Shown in pieces: positions 28,983 through 41,100 of a stretch of DNA of 64,000 nucleotides. Position 1 is the stretch's first letter; the number at the start of each line of letters is the position of its first letter. Position numbers and translations under genes: made by a program. The stretch lies in contig JAKMXF010000221.1 in the NCBI GenBank assembly GCA_024704765.1, positions 186,001-250,000 on the forward strand, in the 5' to 3' direction. Origin of the DNA: Oopsacas minuta (lineage: Eukaryota; Animalia; Porifera). The notes below the pieces were generated by a model, which was not told where the DNA came from, did not search any database, and saw only the letters and a program-made list of their open reading frames with translations.

Positions 28983-30890
28983 ATGATTCTATTGTTATCA
29001 GGTTTTGTTGTTGGAGCAATATCAGCTGCATTTGTGTTTCCTCTTCTCTGCTCTGTGGTGAAGGCTCTATTGGGTATTGGACCTTCCGGCAAGGTACAAG
29101 TAGCTCCTCCTATCCAGGAGGTGATTGATGCAGGAGGTGGTGAGTATCGCAGTGAGGAGCATTTTGCTCCTAAATTAACAGGGAAGTTGTTTTTATGGTT
29201 TAGTAACTTCATGTGGACTCCATTTGGTAAAGAATGGGTATTAAGTAAGTTAATGCGAGACAATCATCTGTTTGATGCTAGAGAACGCTATCTGCCTGAA
29301 GCAGCTACTTTCTATCCCACTCCTCCGTTTATTCCCTTCCCTGAACAAAGTGTGAGGGAGGATGGGAAGAGTGAGAAAGATGAGATTGATACTCTGATTG
29401 GTTGTGTTCCTTCTCGTTCCAAAGATTCCTCTGCTGAGACTGATGAGTTTGTATTCCCTAGTATCCTGGATTATCTACATGCATATAGATGTGGTCGTGT
29501 GACACCTGTAATAGTAGCAGAACGGATAATTGAAAGTATTCGAGCATCTGATTCTCTATCTCCTCCTCTGCGTGCCTTTGTTCAGTGGAATGAGACTGAG
29601 ATTCGTAAACAAGCAGAAGAGTCTACACGGAGATACAGAGATAAGGATAACATCCGTCCTTTGGAAGGAATACCTGTTGGAGTAAAAGAGAGTATACCAA
29701 CTAAACCTTACATCCTCAGAGTTGGATCTAGTTTCCTACCAATAGGTGCACAAGCTATCTCAAACTGGGAAGAGGCTGAGGTTGTGTTAAGACTGAGACA
29801 AGCTGGCGCTATAATTATTGGAGTTACTAATCTGCATGAATTTGGTGTGGGACCTTCTGGATCTAATGTAAATAAGCTGCATCAAACAGCTCGTAATCCT
29901 TATGACATGAGTAGATATCCAGGAGGGAGTAGTAGTGGATCTGGTGCAGCTGTAGCTTCTGGATTAATCCCTCTTGCTTTGGGGACAGATGGAGGAGGAT
30001 CTATCCGTATTCCTTCTTCTATTTCCGGTCTTGTGGGCCTCAAAGCTACATTTGGTAGAGTTACGGAAGGTAAAATGATAAGCAGTGCTCCCACAATCAC
30101 TAACATAGGACCCTTGTGTACTTCAGTTGTAGACACAGCTCTGTCATATCTTTTATTAGCAGGCCCTGGTCCTAATGATCCTAACGGTCTCCAACAAGGT
30201 CCTGTCACTATTGGCAACTTTCTAACTGCTAAAGATAATGCTAAGGGAATGAAGGTTGGTATTTATCGAGCTTGGTTTAATCACTGTGAACCTGATGTGT
30301 CCAAAGTGTGTCAGGAAGCTCTGAAGTGGATTACAGATGCTGGCGCTGAATTGGTAGATATACATATTCCAGAAATGAATGCTACTTATATATCTCTTGT
30401 TTCTATTTTCCTAAGTGAATTAACCAGCGCTTACAAATACGATTTTTATGACCATTTCAAAGATATCAATAGTGACACTAAACAGAATCTAGCAATTGGT
30501 GATGCTATCTCATCTGCGGACTATACAGTAGCGAGTAGGCAAAGAACACGGGCTATACAGGTTCTGAAGAGTGTATTTTCTAAGGTTGATATACTCGTTA
30601 CCCCCACTACTGCTTGTACTGCTCATATTATGAGTCCCAGCCACTTATCTCATGGCTGTGCAAATATTAAGACTACTACGAAACTAAGTAGATTCACTGT
30701 AATAGGAAATCTGACAGGAGCGCCTGCAATAGCTATACCAGTGGGATATGACTCAAACAACCTTCCTGTCTCTCTGCAACTTATGACTAGGTGGTGGAGG
30801 GAAGATCTATTGTTCATGTTAGCTAGTCAGATCGAGAAGAGAGTAGCTAAAAGGAAACCAAAGATATTTTATGATATTCTGCAACTATAA
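28983..30890 (+). CDS. Fatty-acid amide hydrolase-like amidase, copy 1
   Basis: Amidase-signature triad: PVGVKE (Lys), GGSSSGS, GTDGGGSIRIP. The start may instead use a short upstream exon (acceptor at 29001). Confidence 0.9.
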   Translation: MILLLSGFVVGAISAAFVFPLLCSVVKALLGIGPSGKVQVAPPIQEVIDAGGGEYRSEEHFAPKLTGKLFLWFSNFMWTPFGKEWVLSKLMRDNHLFDARERYLPEAATFYPTPPFIPFPEQSVREDGKSEKDEIDTLIGCVPSRSKDSSAETDEFVFPSILDYLHAYRCGRVTPVIVAERIIESIRASDSLSPPLRAFVQWNETEIRKQAEESTRRYRDKDNIRPLEGIPVGVKESIPTKPYILRVGSSFLPIGAQAISNWEEAEVVLRLRQAGAIIIGVTNLHEFGVGPSGSNVNKLHQTARNPYDMSRYPGGSSSGSGAAVASGLIPLALGTDGGGSIRIPSSISGLVGLKATFGRVTEGKMISSAPTITNIGPLCTSVVDTALSYLLLAGPGPNDPNGLQQGPVTIGNFLTAKDNAKGMKVGIYRAWFNHCEPDVSKVCQEALKWITDAGAELVDIHIPEMNATYISLVSIFLSELTSAYKYDFYDHFKDINSDTKQNLAIGDAISSADYTVASRQRTRAIQVLKSVFSKVDILVTPTTACTAHIMSPSHLSHGCANIKTTTKLSRFTVIGNLTGAPAIAIPVGYDSNNLPVSLQLMTRWWREDLLFMLASQIEKRVAKRKPKIFYDILQL

Positions 30891-31050
30891 ATTATGATAT
30901 TTATTTATCGTTTGTAAATTGAATGTGGAATGTTGTGGTACAAAGTTTATTGTATACAATTATTAGCTTTCTCATCTTTATTGCATTTTTGAGTCCAAAT
31001 TATGATTAAAAAAGTTGTATATTTTAACGAAAATATTATTAGCTTTTGAT

Positions 31051-32955
31051 ATGGGGCAGTATATGTCATTTGTTGTTGGAGCAATATCAGCTGCATTTGT
31101 GTTTCCTCTTCTCTGCTCTGTGGTGAAGGCTCTATTAGGTATTGGGCCTTCCGGTAAGGTACAAGTAGCTCCTCCTATCCAGGAGGTGATTGATGCAGGA
31201 GGTGGTGAGTATCGCAGTGAGGAGCATTTTGCTCCTAAATTAACAGGGAGGTTGTTATTGTTTTTAAGCCGTTTCTTGTGGACTCCATTTGGTAAAGAAT
31301 GGGTATTAAGTAAGTTAATGCGAGACAATCATCTGTTTGATGCTAGAGAACGCTATCTGCCTGAAGCAGCTACTTTCTATCCCACTCCTCCGTTTATTCC
31401 CTTCCCTGAACAAAGTGTGAGGGAGGATGGGAAGAGTGAGAAAGATGAGATTGATACTCTGATTGGTTGTGTTCCTCCTCGTTCCAAAGATTCCTCTGCT
31501 GAGACTGATGAGTTTGTATTCCCTAGTATCCTGGATTATCTACATGCATATAGATGTGGTCGTGTGACACCTGTAATAGTAGCAGAACGGATAATTGAAA
31601 GTATTCGAGCATCTGATTCTCTATCTCCTCCTCTGCGTGCCTTTGTTCAGTGGAATGAGACTGAGATTCGTAAACAAGCAGAAGAGTCTACACGGAGATA
31701 CAGAGATAAGGATAACATCCGTCCTTTGGAAGGAATACCTGTTGGAGTTAAAGAGCACTTTCTCACTAAACCATATATTCTTCGAATTGGTTGTGAATTT
31801 GTTCCGACAGCAGCTCATTGCTTGGACGGTAAACCTGACAGTGCAGCTGTTATACTAATGCGAAATGCTGGAGCTATAATAGTTGGTGTTACTAACATCC
31901 ATGATAATGGGATTGGAGCTACAGGTTCGAATCCTAACAGTCTGCATCTAACCACCCGTAATCCATATGATCTACACAAGTACTCAGGAGGTAGTAGCAG
32001 TGGGTCTGGTGTCGCTGTGGCTTCTGGACTCGTTCCCCTCACACTGGGGACAGATGGAGGAGGGTCAGTTCGTATCCCTGCTGCTCTTTGTGGGATTGTA
32101 GGACTCAAACCAACTTTTGGAAGGATTTCCGAGGTACGCATGGTGCCTGCTGCATTTACCTTGGCTCATCCCGGACCAATGTGTACCTCCGTTGTAGACA
32201 CAGCTCTATCATATCTTCTGTTAGCAGGCCCTGATCTTAATGAACCATACGGTCTCCAACAAGGTCCTGTCACTATTGGTAAGTTTTTGACAGCCACAGA
32301 TAGCGTGAAAGGAATGAAGGTTGGAATTTATCGAGCTTGGTTTAATCACTGTGATCCTGATGTGTCCAGAGTGTGCCAGGAAGCTCTGAAGTGGATTACA
32401 GATGCTGGAGCTGAATTGGTAGATATACATATTCCAGAAATGAATGCTACTATTCCTGCATGCGTTTCCACTTTTTTGACAGAAATATTGAGTGTGTATC
32501 GCTATGATTTACCAACAAGGTTCAAACAGTTATTTGGGGAAACACTGACTAGTATGGGTGTTGCTAGTCAAGTTTCAGCGGCAGATTACACTGTAGCAGG
32601 TAGACAGAGAACTCGTGCTATCAAAACGCTAGAACATGTTTTCAAACAAGTTGACTTTATAGTTACTCCTACTACTGCTGGGACTGCTCACACTATCGCT
32701 TTGAAAGCTGTTGCATATGGTGAGAGTAATATCGATTTCATAGCCAAATTAACTAGGTTCACTATGCTAGGAAATCTGACAGGAGCGCCTGCAATAGCTA
32801 TACCAGTGGGATATGACTCTAGCAATCTTCCTGTCTCTCTGCAGCTGATGACTAGGTGGTGGAGAGAAGATCTATTATTCATGTTAGCTAGTCAGATCGA
32901 AAAGAGAGTAGCTAAAAGGAAACCAAAGATATTTTATGATATTCTACACTCATGA
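31051..32955 (+). CDS. Fatty-acid amide hydrolase-like amidase, copy 2
   Basis: Same triad intact. First ATG at 31051, alternative at 31063 (the track start is TTG). Confidence 0.9.
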   Translation: MGQYMSFVVGAISAAFVFPLLCSVVKALLGIGPSGKVQVAPPIQEVIDAGGGEYRSEEHFAPKLTGRLLLFLSRFLWTPFGKEWVLSKLMRDNHLFDARERYLPEAATFYPTPPFIPFPEQSVREDGKSEKDEIDTLIGCVPPRSKDSSAETDEFVFPSILDYLHAYRCGRVTPVIVAERIIESIRASDSLSPPLRAFVQWNETEIRKQAEESTRRYRDKDNIRPLEGIPVGVKEHFLTKPYILRIGCEFVPTAAHCLDGKPDSAAVILMRNAGAIIVGVTNIHDNGIGATGSNPNSLHLTTRNPYDLHKYSGGSSSGSGVAVASGLVPLTLGTDGGGSVRIPAALCGIVGLKPTFGRISEVRMVPAAFTLAHPGPMCTSVVDTALSYLLLAGPDLNEPYGLQQGPVTIGKFLTATDSVKGMKVGIYRAWFNHCDPDVSRVCQEALKWITDAGAELVDIHIPEMNATIPACVSTFLTEILSVYRYDLPTRFKQLFGETLTSMGVASQVSAADYTVAGRQRTRAIKTLEHVFKQVDFIVTPTTAGTAHTIALKAVAYGESNIDFIAKLTRFTMLGNLTGAPAIAIPVGYDSSNLPVSLQLMTRWWREDLLFMLASQIEKRVAKRKPKIFYDILHS

Positions 32956-33211
32956 AGTTATTACCAAATCACTCTATGCACTGAATTGAACCTTTGTAGA
33001 ATTGTTACTAACTCATTAGTAACTAACTTCTATATCGAAATTGGATGTATTTATTTATTTTTTATGATATATATTGTATTTTGTATTATCTTTTGAATAT
33101 TCAGTTCTGCTTCACTTCATTAATATAATATACTATAAGTTATGATAATTATGAAATTTGATTCTCAATCTCAGATATTCAACACAGGTAAATATATTTC
33201 AGAGCTCATTT

Positions 33212-35119
33212 ATGATATTCTACATTTCATTTGTTGTTGGAGCAATATCAGCTGCATTTGTGTTTCCTCTTCTCTGCTCTGTGGTGAAGGCTCTATTGGG
33301 TATTGGACCTTCCGGTAAGATACAAGTAGCTCCTCCTATCCAGGAGGTGATTGATGCAGGAGGTGGTGAGTATCGCAGTGAGGAGCATTTTGCTCCTAAA
33401 TTAACAGGGAAGTTGTTTTTATGGTTTAGTAACTTCATGTGGACTCCATTTGGTAAAGAATGGGTATTAAGTAAGTTAATGCGAGACAATCATCTGTTTG
33501 ATGCTAGAGAACGCTATCTGCCTGAAGCAGCTACTTTCTATCCCACTCCTCCGTTTATTCCCTTCCCTGAACAAGGTGTGAGGGAGGATGGGAAGAGTGA
33601 GAAAGATGAGATTGATACTCTGATTGGTTGTGTTCCTTCTCGTTCCAAAGATTCCTCTGCTGAGACTGATGAGTTTGTATTCCCTAGTATCCTGGATTAT
33701 CTACATGCATATAGATGTGGTCGTGTGACACCTGTAATAGTAGCAGAACGGATAATTGAAAGTATTCGAGCATCTGATTCTCTATCTCCTCCTCTGCGTG
33801 CCTTTGTTCAGTGGAATGAGACTGAGATTCGTAAACAAGCAGAAGAGTCTACACGGAGATACAGAGATAAGGATAACATCCGTCCTTTGGAAGGAATACC
33901 TGTTGGAGTTAAAGAGGAATATCTAGCGAGTAATTACAGACTTTTGAATGGTTTGTCATTTTTGCCAGTTTGTGCTCAGAATCTAGACAGAAAACGACAA
34001 GATAGTGAGCCTGTTGCCAGACTTAAGAATGCTGGAGCAGTCCTTATAGGCATTACTAACATGCATGAGATTGGTATAGGTTCTTCTGGATCTAATGTAA
34101 ATAAGCTGCATCAAACAGCTCGTAATCCTTATGACATGAGTAGATATCCAGGAGGGAGTAGCAGTGGATCTGGTGCAGCTGTAGCTTCTGGATTAATCCC
34201 TCTTGCTTTGGGGACAGATGGAGGAGGATCTATCCGTATTCCTTCGTCGCTGTGTGGAATTGTTGGGCTGAAGCCAACTTTTGGGAGAATATCTTGTGCT
34301 AGAATGTGTCCAGTTGGAATGACTGTCGTTAATGCTGGTCCCATGTGTAACTCAATACAAGATGCAGCTCTCGCATATTTGTTGTTATCAGGACGTGACC
34401 CTGAAGATGTGAACACTGTACAACAAGGACCTGTATCCCTAGACCAGTATCTAGACCACAGTCCTGATTTAACTGGCCTGAAAGTAGGCGTGTATGATAC
34501 ATGGTTCAATCACTCTGATCAAGAGGTGAGGTCTGGATGCAGGACTGCTCTCACTTGGCTGCAAGAAGCTGGTGCTGAGATTGTAGAGATTAAGATTCCA
34601 GAGATTTCTCAGTCTCAAAACGCTCATCTTGTTGCACTGTTATCAGAGTTACTCGCTGCTTATAGATATGACTTCCCTGAACATTTCAAGGCATTCAATA
34701 GAGAGTCTATCCTGGGTTTATCATTGGGTACAACTTTGTCAGCAGCTGATTATGTAGTAGCAGGACGCCAGAGAACAAGAGCTATAAAGGTTTATGACCA
34801 TTTATTTAAGCGAGTTGATATCATTGCTACACCTACCACTGCTCGCACTGCCCCAGTTATCCCTCAAGGAGCTGACCTATACGGAGAAAGTAACCTACAG
34901 AATACTCTTAAGATTGCTCGTTATACTATACAATCTAACTTAACTGGTGTGCCTGCTATTTGTCTACCCGTGTCTTACGATGCTAATAACATGCCTATCT
35001 CCCTCCAGCTGATGTCAAGTTGGTGGAAAGAAGATCTCCTATTGCATGTTGCAAGTGTAGTAGAGAATCGAGCTAGGAAGATGAAACCTAAGCTCTACTA
35101 TGATATTCTTAACATGTAG
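33212..35119 (+). CDS. Fatty-acid amide hydrolase-like amidase, copy 3
   Basis: Same triad intact. First ATG at 33212 (the track start is TTG). Confidence 0.9.
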   Translation: MIFYISFVVGAISAAFVFPLLCSVVKALLGIGPSGKIQVAPPIQEVIDAGGGEYRSEEHFAPKLTGKLFLWFSNFMWTPFGKEWVLSKLMRDNHLFDARERYLPEAATFYPTPPFIPFPEQGVREDGKSEKDEIDTLIGCVPSRSKDSSAETDEFVFPSILDYLHAYRCGRVTPVIVAERIIESIRASDSLSPPLRAFVQWNETEIRKQAEESTRRYRDKDNIRPLEGIPVGVKEEYLASNYRLLNGLSFLPVCAQNLDRKRQDSEPVARLKNAGAVLIGITNMHEIGIGSSGSNVNKLHQTARNPYDMSRYPGGSSSGSGAAVASGLIPLALGTDGGGSIRIPSSLCGIVGLKPTFGRISCARMCPVGMTVVNAGPMCNSIQDAALAYLLLSGRDPEDVNTVQQGPVSLDQYLDHSPDLTGLKVGVYDTWFNHSDQEVRSGCRTALTWLQEAGAEIVEIKIPEISQSQNAHLVALLSELLAAYRYDFPEHFKAFNRESILGLSLGTTLSAADYVVAGRQRTRAIKVYDHLFKRVDIIATPTTARTAPVIPQGADLYGESNLQNTLKIARYTIQSNLTGVPAICLPVSYDANNMPISLQLMSSWWKEDLLLHVASVVENRARKMKPKLYYDILNM

Positions 35120-35344
35120 GATTAACTATAATTCCCCATTGAATTTATGGACACGGGATATATTGTAGATATATTTATTTTCGTAGCTCAAGTACAAGAC
35201 AATTGTATTACCTTTTCTTGTAATTCATATGCACTCATTTGTGTTGGTGTATCTAATTACTGATTTACTTATGGATTATTCTGTCCCGCACATTCATATA
35301 TGTCCAGACAGAATACCATGCTATAATTATAACTAATCTGAATT

Positions 35345-36400
35345 ATGTATTTCAATTTATATTCCGTTTTCCAATCCACTCAGAATTCCACAGACATCCA
35401 AACTACTCTAATCAACTATGCGCTATCTGTAGTATCTGTAGTGTTCTACAGTTCATCTAATATACCAATAAAGAGCCATGAGTGTGGAGACGGTGTGTAT
35501 TTTGTTTGGCTAACCTCAATCTCAATGTTCATCTCTGGATTTATCCTGAATTCGATTAGAAATTATCCTTCATTTCATTACGAGCCAGTTATAGGAGGTG
35601 TGTTATTGTGCATTGGTCAAATTCTTAACGTAGCAATAATCAGATTATTCGGATTAGGAGTACCCACACTGGTATACAGTATTATTGTTGTAATGGTGGG
35701 CTGGATAATGTCTGTGGTTGGATTTTTGGGTATGCAGAAAGCTGTTTTCTATGAAGCTTACTTGAACTATATCGGTTTAGCATTTTGTTTGATAAGTATT
35801 GTTGCATTTTCATTCATAAAGCTAAATGTAAAGCAAGATTTAACCGATCAAAACACTGGCAATGATATAAATGGGATTGTTGTTTCGAAACCGGACAACT
35901 CCTTTCTGAGAGCAGTTGGTTTAAAGCTAATTGCCTTTCTACTAGCTATAGCGATTGGCCTTTGTTTCGGCACTCAATTTCTACCCACTTATATTCTCCT
36001 AGGGAGGAGTGAGAATGATCCTAGTTTATCCAGCGATCCACTTGACTATATATTCCCTCAAACAGTAGGAATGCTAGTTGGAGGTACAACTATATTGTTT
36101 CTATATTGTTTGTTCAAGATGAATAGACCCTTTGTAAATCCTAAGCTGGTGCTTCCTGGTTTTTTAAGCGGTGCTCTGTTAGGGGCAGGGACAGTCTTCT
36201 GGGGTTATTCCAGCTATAAACTCAGTCCAGCTGTTTCGTATCCTCTCGTATCAGTGGGTTCCCCTGCTCTCAGCACTTTATATGGGATCTGTTTTTTCAG
36301 GGAAATTAAAGGAAAGAGGAATTATATCATTTTAGCCTCTGGGCTCATACCAATGACTATAGGAGTTATTCTAGTAGGATTATCACGAATACAGATATAG
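35345..36400 (+). CDS. TMEM144: Transmembrane protein 144 (DMT-fold transporter)
   Basis: SNIPIKSHECGDGVYFVW, FGLG, FGTQFLP and FREIKGKRNY motifs, about 10 TM. Confidence 0.85.
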   Translation: MYFNLYSVFQSTQNSTDIQTTLINYALSVVSVVFYSSSNIPIKSHECGDGVYFVWLTSISMFISGFILNSIRNYPSFHYEPVIGGVLLCIGQILNVAIIRLFGLGVPTLVYSIIVVMVGWIMSVVGFLGMQKAVFYEAYLNYIGLAFCLISIVAFSFIKLNVKQDLTDQNTGNDINGIVVSKPDNSFLRAVGLKLIAFLLAIAIGLCFGTQFLPTYILLGRSENDPSLSSDPLDYIFPQTVGMLVGGTTILFLYCLFKMNRPFVNPKLVLPGFLSGALLGAGTVFWGYSSYKLSPAVSYPLVSVGSPALSTLYGICFFREIKGKRNYIILASGLIPMTIGVILVGLSRIQI

Positions 36401-36540
36401 TCCTTTAATTCAAATTATACAAATTGTATTCCATATTCTTACATATTTATTGACTTTTATTAAATTTTGTAACCACGTTGTTCATGATTATTTATAAATA
36501 GTGTAGAGACATGCTTTATATGAACTAGGAAATCGATAGA

Positions 36541-39500
36541 ATGACAGAACACGAATTTCCTTGTAAGTCGTCTCTATTAGATGCTAGTACTGACCCAGCG
36601 AGTAATGAGGTTAGGATCTATCAGCTGCTCAAGCGCCTGTGTATCACTGCTTGTCCTCCTATTCCTAGGACAGCGTCAGCTGACGTGAAACAACAACAAC
36701 AACAACTTATTGACTTTATGTTTAACCACTCTCTCCAGCAGCTCACCCTAGGTTCACGTCTCCCTCGTACTCTAGCCGATGAAGGAGCTGTAGTGCGTCG
36801 TGTACAGAAGAACCTCATCCAGCAGAAGAGAGACTCCACAACTGCTCTGTTCTCCGAGAGCGTTTCTAAGTTAGACAAACGTATGAAAAGTCCAGAGATG
36901 AGATATTCTCTTCTCTCCTTCCTGCTACGTATGATGGATGACGCAATTACTTACCACAACTCTACAATAATCCCAGGTAATGTAAATATTAACATACCGT
37001 ATCTTTATCATTATTATATCGTTTATTCTCTCAGATCTTTCCTCTACTCTATCAATACACAAGATGGGAATACTGTCAGATATAAACTTATCAAATGTAA
37101 CAAGTGGTATATCATTGGGATTTGATTCTACAGCTTCTACTACCATGCATCAACAGTCCTCCCGCTCTATCTCCTACAAACCTGAGGAATCACATACGTC
37201 TTCTGTAAATAACACACGTAACCGTAGTAACCGTAACCGTAACCGTTCCTCCCCTAAGAGACTAGACGGACTATCTTGGTACATGGCACCCTTCTCTCAC
37301 CTGGAGTACGGACCCACCTGGAAGATTTGTGAACAGGACTTAGTCAGAGATCTGATATTTATATTTCAAGGAGCATCTGGTACTCATATCCTATGGGAGA
37401 ATACCACCCATAGATTCTACTTTATAGAGGAAATAAGGCTTCCTACTCCTATCCACTGTATCTGCATGAAGCTAGCAGAGCTGGGGAAGTTATATCAGAA
37501 AGTACGAATATATATTCATTTGTTATTGTTTGTTTTTGAGAGAGATATTTTCTAGGTAAACTTATTTGTAACGGACAACATGAAAGATCCACAAAAGCCT
37601 GGTAAGCCGGCGGAGCTACTGGTCCATGCTTTCAAGACAGCCCTCAAGGATCATTTATTTGAGTATTACCGCTTTATATCAGTGCTAGACGAGAAGCTAC
37701 ATAGAGAAGCTGCTAACCCTGAAGAGCCTCCTCTCTTGTCACTCAAGAGACTAATGGTGTGGTCTTATGAGCCTTTACAGTGCTTTCAAATGTTATCTAA
37801 GGTATTGGATGAGTGCTATAGTAAGTTATATTATAAATACTGTATGTAGATTAGACTCATATCGTTTATCTTAAATATATATCATAGATTTGAGTGGGTG
37901 CAAATTGATGAACAAAGTATACGAGTTTTCACGTACTGGACATCCAGAGCATGCTATATTGCTGAATAGCATTTTAGGGAAACTCTTCTCTCCCTTCAAA
38001 TCAGTGCTAGACAAATGGCTATACGAGGGAGATCTACCAAATAGAGCTATTTCTCAATTCTTTATTATGGAAAATCAAGCAAATCTCCCCAGTGAAGACA
38101 TATGGGAAAAGAAATACGAACTTCTAAAGGACCAAGTCCCATCCTTCATATCAGATGAACTAGCATTGAAGGTATTGTGATTTCTAACATATTTGATAGA
38201 AACATATTTATTATTTGAGAATTTACAGGTGATGGTGACTGGTAAATCCATTAACTTCCTGAAGGAGAAGTGTCAAGAACATAAACTAGACGTGATATTT
38301 AATCTGGTGGATACTCTGAAGAATGCTGAAGATGAGACATTTGATTCCCTCATAGATGGTCGTGTAGAGAATAGAATTAGAGAAGCTTATGAACAGACAT
38401 GTTTCTATCTGCTCAATGTACTAAAGGATAAGTTTCACTTCTATGAGCATCTCAAAGCTATGCGTCGATACTTGCTACTGGGGCAAGGAGACTTCATTAG
38501 GATGTTAATGGAGCTGTTATATGATGATCTGGAAAGAGATGGGAAACACATACTCAAACACAATTTAATGACGTTAATGGGAGATGCTGTACGAGCTACC
38601 AACGCTAGATTCGATGAATCTTATATAATAGATCAATTGGATATTACACTGATGCCATCTACTGGTGGAGAGAAGGGCTGGGATATATTCTCACTGTTCT
38701 ACCATTTTAAACCTGGTGGCCCTCTCATTTGTATATTCTCGATGAAGGTTAGTATAAATACGTATTATTATTGACTTAATTGTAATTAGAATAAATAATT
38801 CGCTTATATTAGGTGATGATAAGTTATTTGAAAATATTCAACTTTATATGGAGGGCACAGCGCACAGAGTTTCTTCTGTCTAAAGCTTGGAAGAATCTAC
38901 AGGCTTGTGATAGGAAATGGGCACAGAGTCTGGACCTTGGCGAAGTGTTTCATTTGAGTCATAAGCTAATCAGTGCTATGATCCACTTCACCAGACAAGT
39001 ACACTATTATCTTTCATCTGAGGTACTCGCCTGTAGCTGGGAAGAGTTACAGGCTAGACTTCTTAAAGCTACTGATTTGGATCAGCTGAGAGAAGCACAC
39101 CAATCGTTCCTTACTACTGTATCCACACATTGTTTCGTGAAAATACCTTCAATGACTGAAGAGGAGTGCTACACAGATAACGAGCTGTCAATCCGTCACA
39201 GAGGGATATCAGATGAAGTAGTTAAATATATTTCTATACTAGATGACTTATATGTACGTTGTGAAGCTGAGAAGCATCGTAGACATAATTTTAGACTGAA
39301 AGCAAATATTGGTAGCAGGAGTGGAGTAATTGATGTAGAAGAGAGAGAAGAAAGACTTAAATTTCATATAGCCATTGAAGAGAACATTTCTCCTAATCTA
39401 CGAATAATCAGCAGTGCTTTAATGCGGTTTCTCTGGGGGTTTGTCCGCGGATTGAAAGGACATAGAAATCCTAACATGCGGCTATTTGCTACGCGACTTG

Positions 39501-39544
39501 ATTTTAATGGATTTTTCCAAAGATTCGATCCTGATGCAGACTAG
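36541..39544 (+). CDS. TUBGCP3: Gamma-tubulin complex component 3; exons 36541-36976, 37035-37501, 37556-37820, 37888-38171, 38229-38747, 38813-39544
   Basis: Phase-consistent GT-AG exons. Motifs LVRDLIFIFQG, YYRFISVL, YLLLGQGDFI, GWDIFSLFY, RLDFNGFF. Confidence 0.88.
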
Positions 39545-39642
39545 TCCTGTTGTGTGTAAGTAAGCAATTATCTCATTTATACAGTGTTTGATTTTATTGC
39601 ATTTAATTACTCTAAATTCTCCTTTGATTTCTATTACACATA

Positions 39643-39727
39643 CAGTGGAAACTCGTTAATACGAACACCAACAGACGGTCAAATTTTGTCCTCCTTTTCC
39701 TGAGTTGATATTAATAAGAGTCCAAAG
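39643..39727. mobile_element. Degenerate Tigger-like MITE remnant
   Basis: TA followed by CAGTGGAAACTCGTTAATACGAAC, related to the 17263 TIR. A degenerate right end lies near 39708-39729 (about 15/22 match). Confidence 0.45.
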
Positions 39728-39768
39728 TAATTATAATGTATTGCTTATAATAGCTAGATTACTATAGT

Positions 39769-41100
39769 ATGGATACGGACCCAATTATAACTGACAGGTG
39801 GAGAGACATCAACAGCCTCCTGATAGCTGGTAACCCTCTGACAACCCCACATTCAGAAGCTAGTCCAGACACTCTCTCTTTCCTCAGGGACACCTGTAAA
39901 ATATTGGTTATAGGGGCGGGTGGGCTTGGTTGTGAGTTGTTGAAGAACATAGCTCTGCTAGGTATAAAGGATATACACGTCATCGATATGGATATTATTG
40001 ACGAGTCTAATCTCAACAGACAATTTCTATTCAGACCCAAAGATGTGTCACGTCCTAAGGCGTTAGTAGCCGCAGAATTTATAAACAAGAGAATACCAGG
40101 GGCTAATGTGACAGGGTATTATAAGAAAATTCAAGATTTTGACGTAGCATTCTACACGAAGTTCCACATCATCGTGTGTGGTCTGGATTCTATAGTAGCA
40201 CGTAGATGGATTAACAGTCTCGTTATTGGTCTGCTTAAGTACAATGCAGAGGGAGAATTGGACCAGGGAAGTATCATCCCAATTGTAGATGGAGGTACAG
40301 AGGGGTTCAAAGGTAACGCCCGCGTGATAATCCCGAGTATAACAGCCTGTCTAGAGTGTACCCTGGACCTGTATCCTCCTCAGGTGACATATCCTCTATG
40401 TACCATAGCAACCAATCCTCGTCTCCCTGAGCACTGTATAGAGTATGTCAAGCTATTTAGATGGAAGAAGGAGGAACCGTTTGGAGCTAATGTCCAAATA
40501 GACGGAGATAACCCAGAACATATCCAATGGGTATGCGACCAGTCAGAAAAGAGAGCTAATGAGTACCGCATAGAAGGTGTTAACTACCGATTAACTCAGG
40601 GAGTTATTAAGCATATTATACCAGCTGTTGCCTCTACTAACGCTGTTATAGCAGCAGCATGTGCTACTGAAGTGTTTAAAATCGCGACTAGTTGCGCTGC
40701 CTACATGGATAACTACATGGTGATCAATGATACTGATGGCATATACTCATTCACATACGCTCCCGAGAAGAAGGATAATTGTATTGTCTGCTCAGGGAGG
40801 AAAGAGCTTTTGAAATTCTCAGAGGATGCTAAGCTTCGAGAAGTTGTAGAGTATCTCTGTGACAATCCTAAGTTCTCTCTCAAGAGTCCTGGCATAACTA
40901 CCATTATTAATGGACATGACAAGACGCTATACATGAAAACTAAAGCTCTGGAACAGCTGACTAAACCTAACTTGGATCTAACATTAAAAGAACTAGGACT
41001 ATCAGATGGACATGAGATCTATGTAGGAGATCCCAATCTATCTCGTACTGTTGTATTCATAATCAACTTTATTTCTGAGATGGAAGTGAATAGGAATTGA
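39769..41100 (+). CDS. UBA3: NEDD8-activating enzyme E1 catalytic subunit
   Basis: [29 protein letters not shown], catalytic [26 protein letters not shown]. Confidence 0.97.
   Translation: MDTDPIITDRWRDINSLLIAGNPLTTPHSEASPDTLSFLRDTCKILVIGAGGLGCELLKNIALLGIKDIHVIDMDIIDESNLNRQFLFRPKDVSRPKALVAAEFINKRIPGANVTGYYKKIQDFDVAFYTKFHIIVCGLDSIVARRWINSLVIGLLKYNAEGELDQGSIIPIVDGGTEGFKGNARVIIPSITACLECTLDLYPPQVTYPLCTIATNPRLPEHCIEYVKLFRWKKEEPFGANVQIDGDNPEHIQWVCDQSEKRANEYRIEGVNYRLTQGVIKHIIPAVASTNAVIAAACATEVFKIATSCAAYMDNYMVINDTDGIYSFTYAPEKKDNCIVCSGRKELLKFSEDAKLREVVEYLCDNPKFSLKSPGITTIINGHDKTLYMKTKALEQLTKPNLDLTLKELGLSDGHEIYVGDPNLSRTVVFIINFISEMEVNRN

Noticed and set aside
28964-33489. Three similar antisense ORFs (MSRINLLNTHSLPNG...) at 28964, 30978 and 33220
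   Set aside because: They are shadows of the near-identical amidase 5' tract and give no independent evidence of coding.
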